DNA of 64,000 nt from Phyllobates terribilis (lineage: Eukaryota), in NCBI RefSeq assembly GCF_046119375.1, contig NW_027362768.1, forward strand, positions 80,910,001 to 80,974,000. The letters are read 5' to 3'. Positions 60,657 to 64,000 of this stretch are shown piece after piece. Both the position numbers and the translations under genes were made by a program. Positions within the stretch are counted from its first letter, which is position 1; the number at the start of each line of letters is the position of its first letter. The notes beneath the pieces are model-generated. The model was given only the letters and a program-made list of their open reading frames with translations, made no database searches and was not told the origin of the DNA.

Positions 60657-61568
60657 TCCTTTCGGTCCCGCTGAACCTGTTTCTGAGTCCATCCTGCCTA
60701 TCCCTAGTTCTTATTCTGATCTGCCTTGTCCGCATTTGTTCCGCTACCCTCACGTGTTCAGTCTGAACCAGTACCTATAATCCTTCACCTGAGTCCGTCC
60801 TGTGTTCTGGAACTTGTTCTGTCCATGTCATTCTAGTATCTACTCTGTCTACCGGCCGTGCAGTATTACTTAGAACCTGCTCTATCTAACCAGCCATACA
60901 GCACCCATTCCTCCTGTTAACCAGTTCCTGGCCGGTCAGACTCTCCGAATGCATCCCTGCTCCAATGCCCCCTTGGGGGTCAGCAGGTGTGGCTCAGGGG
61001 TCTGTCCTGGAGTGATACTTGGTGTCCACCTGTGGTCAGGACTAACCACACCATCAGGGGCTCTAGTGAAGAACCCGGTGGTCGCTTAGCTACGCCCCTC
61101 CAGGCTCTCTCCGGACCACGGCACAGTGGTTTCACAACCACAGCGTGACAAAAATTATGCTTGAAGGAGACTTTGGCCGACAGTCCCACTCATTGATGGA
61201 TAAACACCGTAATTTTTTATGCAACTTGCTAAATGGCAAACCTAAAAGATACATCAACATATCTTTTTTTCTGTATACATTTTCCAGCTTGATTTGCTGA
61301 CCCTCCCAGCAGCCGCTTTGGTATCATAGTGCATCACGTTACCACATACATCTTCCTGGCAAACACAGGCTTCTCCTGAGCCCACTCCACCATCTGTTCA
61401 TACAACTACACATGACATCCACAAAGGTTGTCTTTCTGGCAGCCAGTATTAGTCTCCTTACCCCGCAACACACTAGTTGAGTAACCAGTACATGCACACA
61501 GTGCAACATAAACTATATACATATTGTCAAATAATGTAATTCATTCACTTAAAAAGACAATTATTTAA

Positions 61569-64000
61569 CCCCTTAACAACATTAGACGTACTAATACGGG
61601 TCTGTGCCCTGGGACTTAAGAGCCAGACCCGTATTAGTACGTCATCGCGATCGAGCGCGCACACAGGCTGTGCGGGCGCGATCGCCGCCGGGTGTCAGCT
61701 GATTGTCACAGCTGACACCCGGTACTATGTGCAGGGAGCGGTCCCGCACCGCTCCCGGCACATTAACCCCCGCAATGCTGCGATCGAAGTCGATCGCATC
61801 ATTGTGGTGGCAAGGGGAGGTGATCGCAGATACTCACCTCCTCTTCCGGCCTCCAGCGCTGTCTGCCGTGGCTTCCAGGATGTTGCCATGACGACCCGAT
61901 GTCGTCATGACAACATCCGGATCACCAGACAGCAGGAAGATTTTTTGGACATGCGCAGAGCATTTTCAAACTATCTTCTCCCTGTCCAGCGCTGACAGCC
62001 TGCACGTCACAGGGATGGTGCTCCATTCCTATGCCATGCAGGCGATCAGAATAAAAAAAGTAAAAGTCCTAGAGTGGGACAGAGTAAAAAAAAGCGTAAA
62101 AACTGTCAGAAAGTGAAAAAATAAATAAAAAAAAAATTGTAAAAATATAAAAAAAAAAATAATAATAATAATCCACCAAAAATAAAAATATAATGTACCC
62201 ATCAATAAATAGTATTATAAAAAAAAAAAAAAAAAAAACAATAAAAGTACACATATTTGGTATCGCTGCATCCGGAACAACCTGACCTATAAAACTGTCC
62301 CACTAGTTAACCCCTTCAGTGAACACGGTAAAAAAAAAAAAAAAAGAAGCAAAAATTAATGCTTTATCATCATACCGCCAAACAAAAAATGGAATAACAC
62401 GCGATCAAAAAGATGAATATAAATAAAAATGGTACCGCTGAAAACGTCATCTCGTCCCGCAAAAAACAAGCCGCCATACAGCTCCATCAGCCGAAAAATA
62501 AAAAAGTTATAGCTCTCAGAATAAAGCTATGCTAAAAAATATTTTTTTTCTATAAAATTGCTTTTATGTAAAAGTGCAAAACATAGAAAAACGATATAAA
62601 TGTGGTACCGCTGTAAACGTACTGACCCGAAGAATAAAGCTACCTTATTAATTTTACCACACGCGGAACAGAATAAAAAAAAAAAAAAAAATCCTGAATT
62701 GTTGGTTTTTGTTTATTCTGCCTCCCAAAAATCGGAATAGAAAGCGATCAAAAAATGTCACGTGCCTGAAAATGGCACCAATAACAACGTCAACTCATCC
62801 CGCAAAAAACAAGCCGTCACATGACTGTCTGCCAAAATCTGGAAAAATTATAGCTCTCAAAATATGGCGATGCAAAAACTAGATTTTAAAAAAATGCGTC
62901 TTTTAGTGTGTGACAGCACTCAGTCATAAAAACCCCATATGATTCTGGTATCACTGTAATCGCACCGACCCGAAGAATAAAGTAGTCTAATCACTTATAC
63001 CGCACGAGGAACGGCGTAAAAAATAAACTCTCGAGTTAGGGTTGGGCTAGGGTTAGGGCTGGGTTTGGGGTTAGGGATGTGATGGGGTTGGGATTTTTTT
63101 CAAAAGTAAGAAAAAAAGATGACGATATGGCGACTAGTGTTGAGCGCAAGTGCTCGCTACTTGAGTTTGCATCGGGTGCTCGGGTATGCATTGAGTATCG
63201 TGGGTATTTGAGTGACATGCTCGAGTCTCCGCCCCATATGCTTCGCGGCCAAAAAAACTTTGCGGGGATTGCCTGCCATGCACGAGCAATCCCAGCATGT
63301 TTTTTTTTGGGTGTCTAATAACCGTGAAACATGCGGGGCAGGGACTCGAGCATGTCACTCGAGCACACGCAGTACATGGTGCATACCTGAGTACCCGATG
63401 CAAACTCAACTAGCGACCACTTGCGCTCAAGACTAATGACAACTTATTCAATATGATGACCTAATGTTATCAAATTCTGTGTCGTACCTCTGGGTTCAAA
63501 ATGTTTACTATACACCTTAATAAAATCCTTGAGGGGTATAGCTTCCAAAATGGGGTCACTTGTGGGGGAGCTCCAATGTTTAGACACACAGGGGCTCTCC
63601 AAACGCAACATGGTGTCCGCTAACAATTTGAGCCGATTTTCCATTCAATTTGTTAGCAGACACCATGTTGCATTTGGAGAGTCCCTGTGTGCCTAAACAT
63701 TGGAGCTCCCCCACAGGTGACCCCATTTTGGAAACTAGACCCCCCAAGGCACCTATCTAGATGCATAGTGAGCACTTGGAACCCCCAGGTTCTTCACAAA
63801 TTGATTCGTAAAAATGAAAAAGTGGAAAAAAAAATACTTTTTCATTTTTACGAATTAATTTGTGAAGCACCTGGGGGTTCCAAGTGCTCACTATGCATCT
63901 AGATAGGTGCCTTGGGGTCTAGTTTCCACAATGAGGTCACTTGTGGGGGAGCTCCAATGTTTAGGCACATCAGGGGCTCTCCAAACGCAACATGGTGTCC
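61569..64000. mobile_element. Non-autonomous TTAA-type (piggyBac-like) composite element, cut by the window end
   Basis: TTAA|CCCCTTAAC left end; ~345-bp internal direct repeats; TTAGGG-like tract; embedded hAT MITE 63135-63435; terminal fold-back palindromes. Confidence 0.7.

Larger units (their letters stand above)
58820..61150. mobile_element. Probable older solo LTR hosting two nested LTRs
   Basis: (A)GTCACGATG...CACAGCGTGACA; no clear TSD. Confidence 0.5.

Noticed and set aside
63034-63080. TTAGGG-like tract suggesting an interstitial telomere or fusion scar
   Set aside because: Degenerate, short and also present in the sister element at ~27005, so it is part of the transposon.

Overview
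Eukaryotic (vertebrate) genomic DNA, most likely an anuran amphibian (inferred from the repeat landscape, not proven). No prokaryotic features or CRISPR arrays. Genes: (1) the 5' part of RTCA (RNA 3'-terminal phosphate cyclase) on the minus strand, four coding exons from 7598 down to 1804, with the rest left of the window; (2) a complete 11-exon DBT gene (branched-chain ketoacid dehydrogenase E2, 486 aa, 9956-25906, plus strand), head-to-head with RTCA across a CpG-rich bidirectional promoter; (3) an intronless-CDS Tctex-1-domain dynein light chain-like gene (36069-36647). The rest is dense, often nested transposon sequence: an intact DD38E (Intruder-type) Tc1 transposase plus a decayed sister copy, four decayed DD34E Tc1 elements, a hAT transposase interrupted by nested solo LTRs, a Penelope-like RT/GIY-YIG element with 655-bp inverted pseudo-LTRs, several short Penelope-type hairpin inserts with hammerhead-ribozyme relics, a Helitron helicase fragment, many MITEs, seven to eight solo LTRs and minisatellites. 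All coordinates and family calls were made by eye from the sequence and remembered family knowledge; no searches were run.
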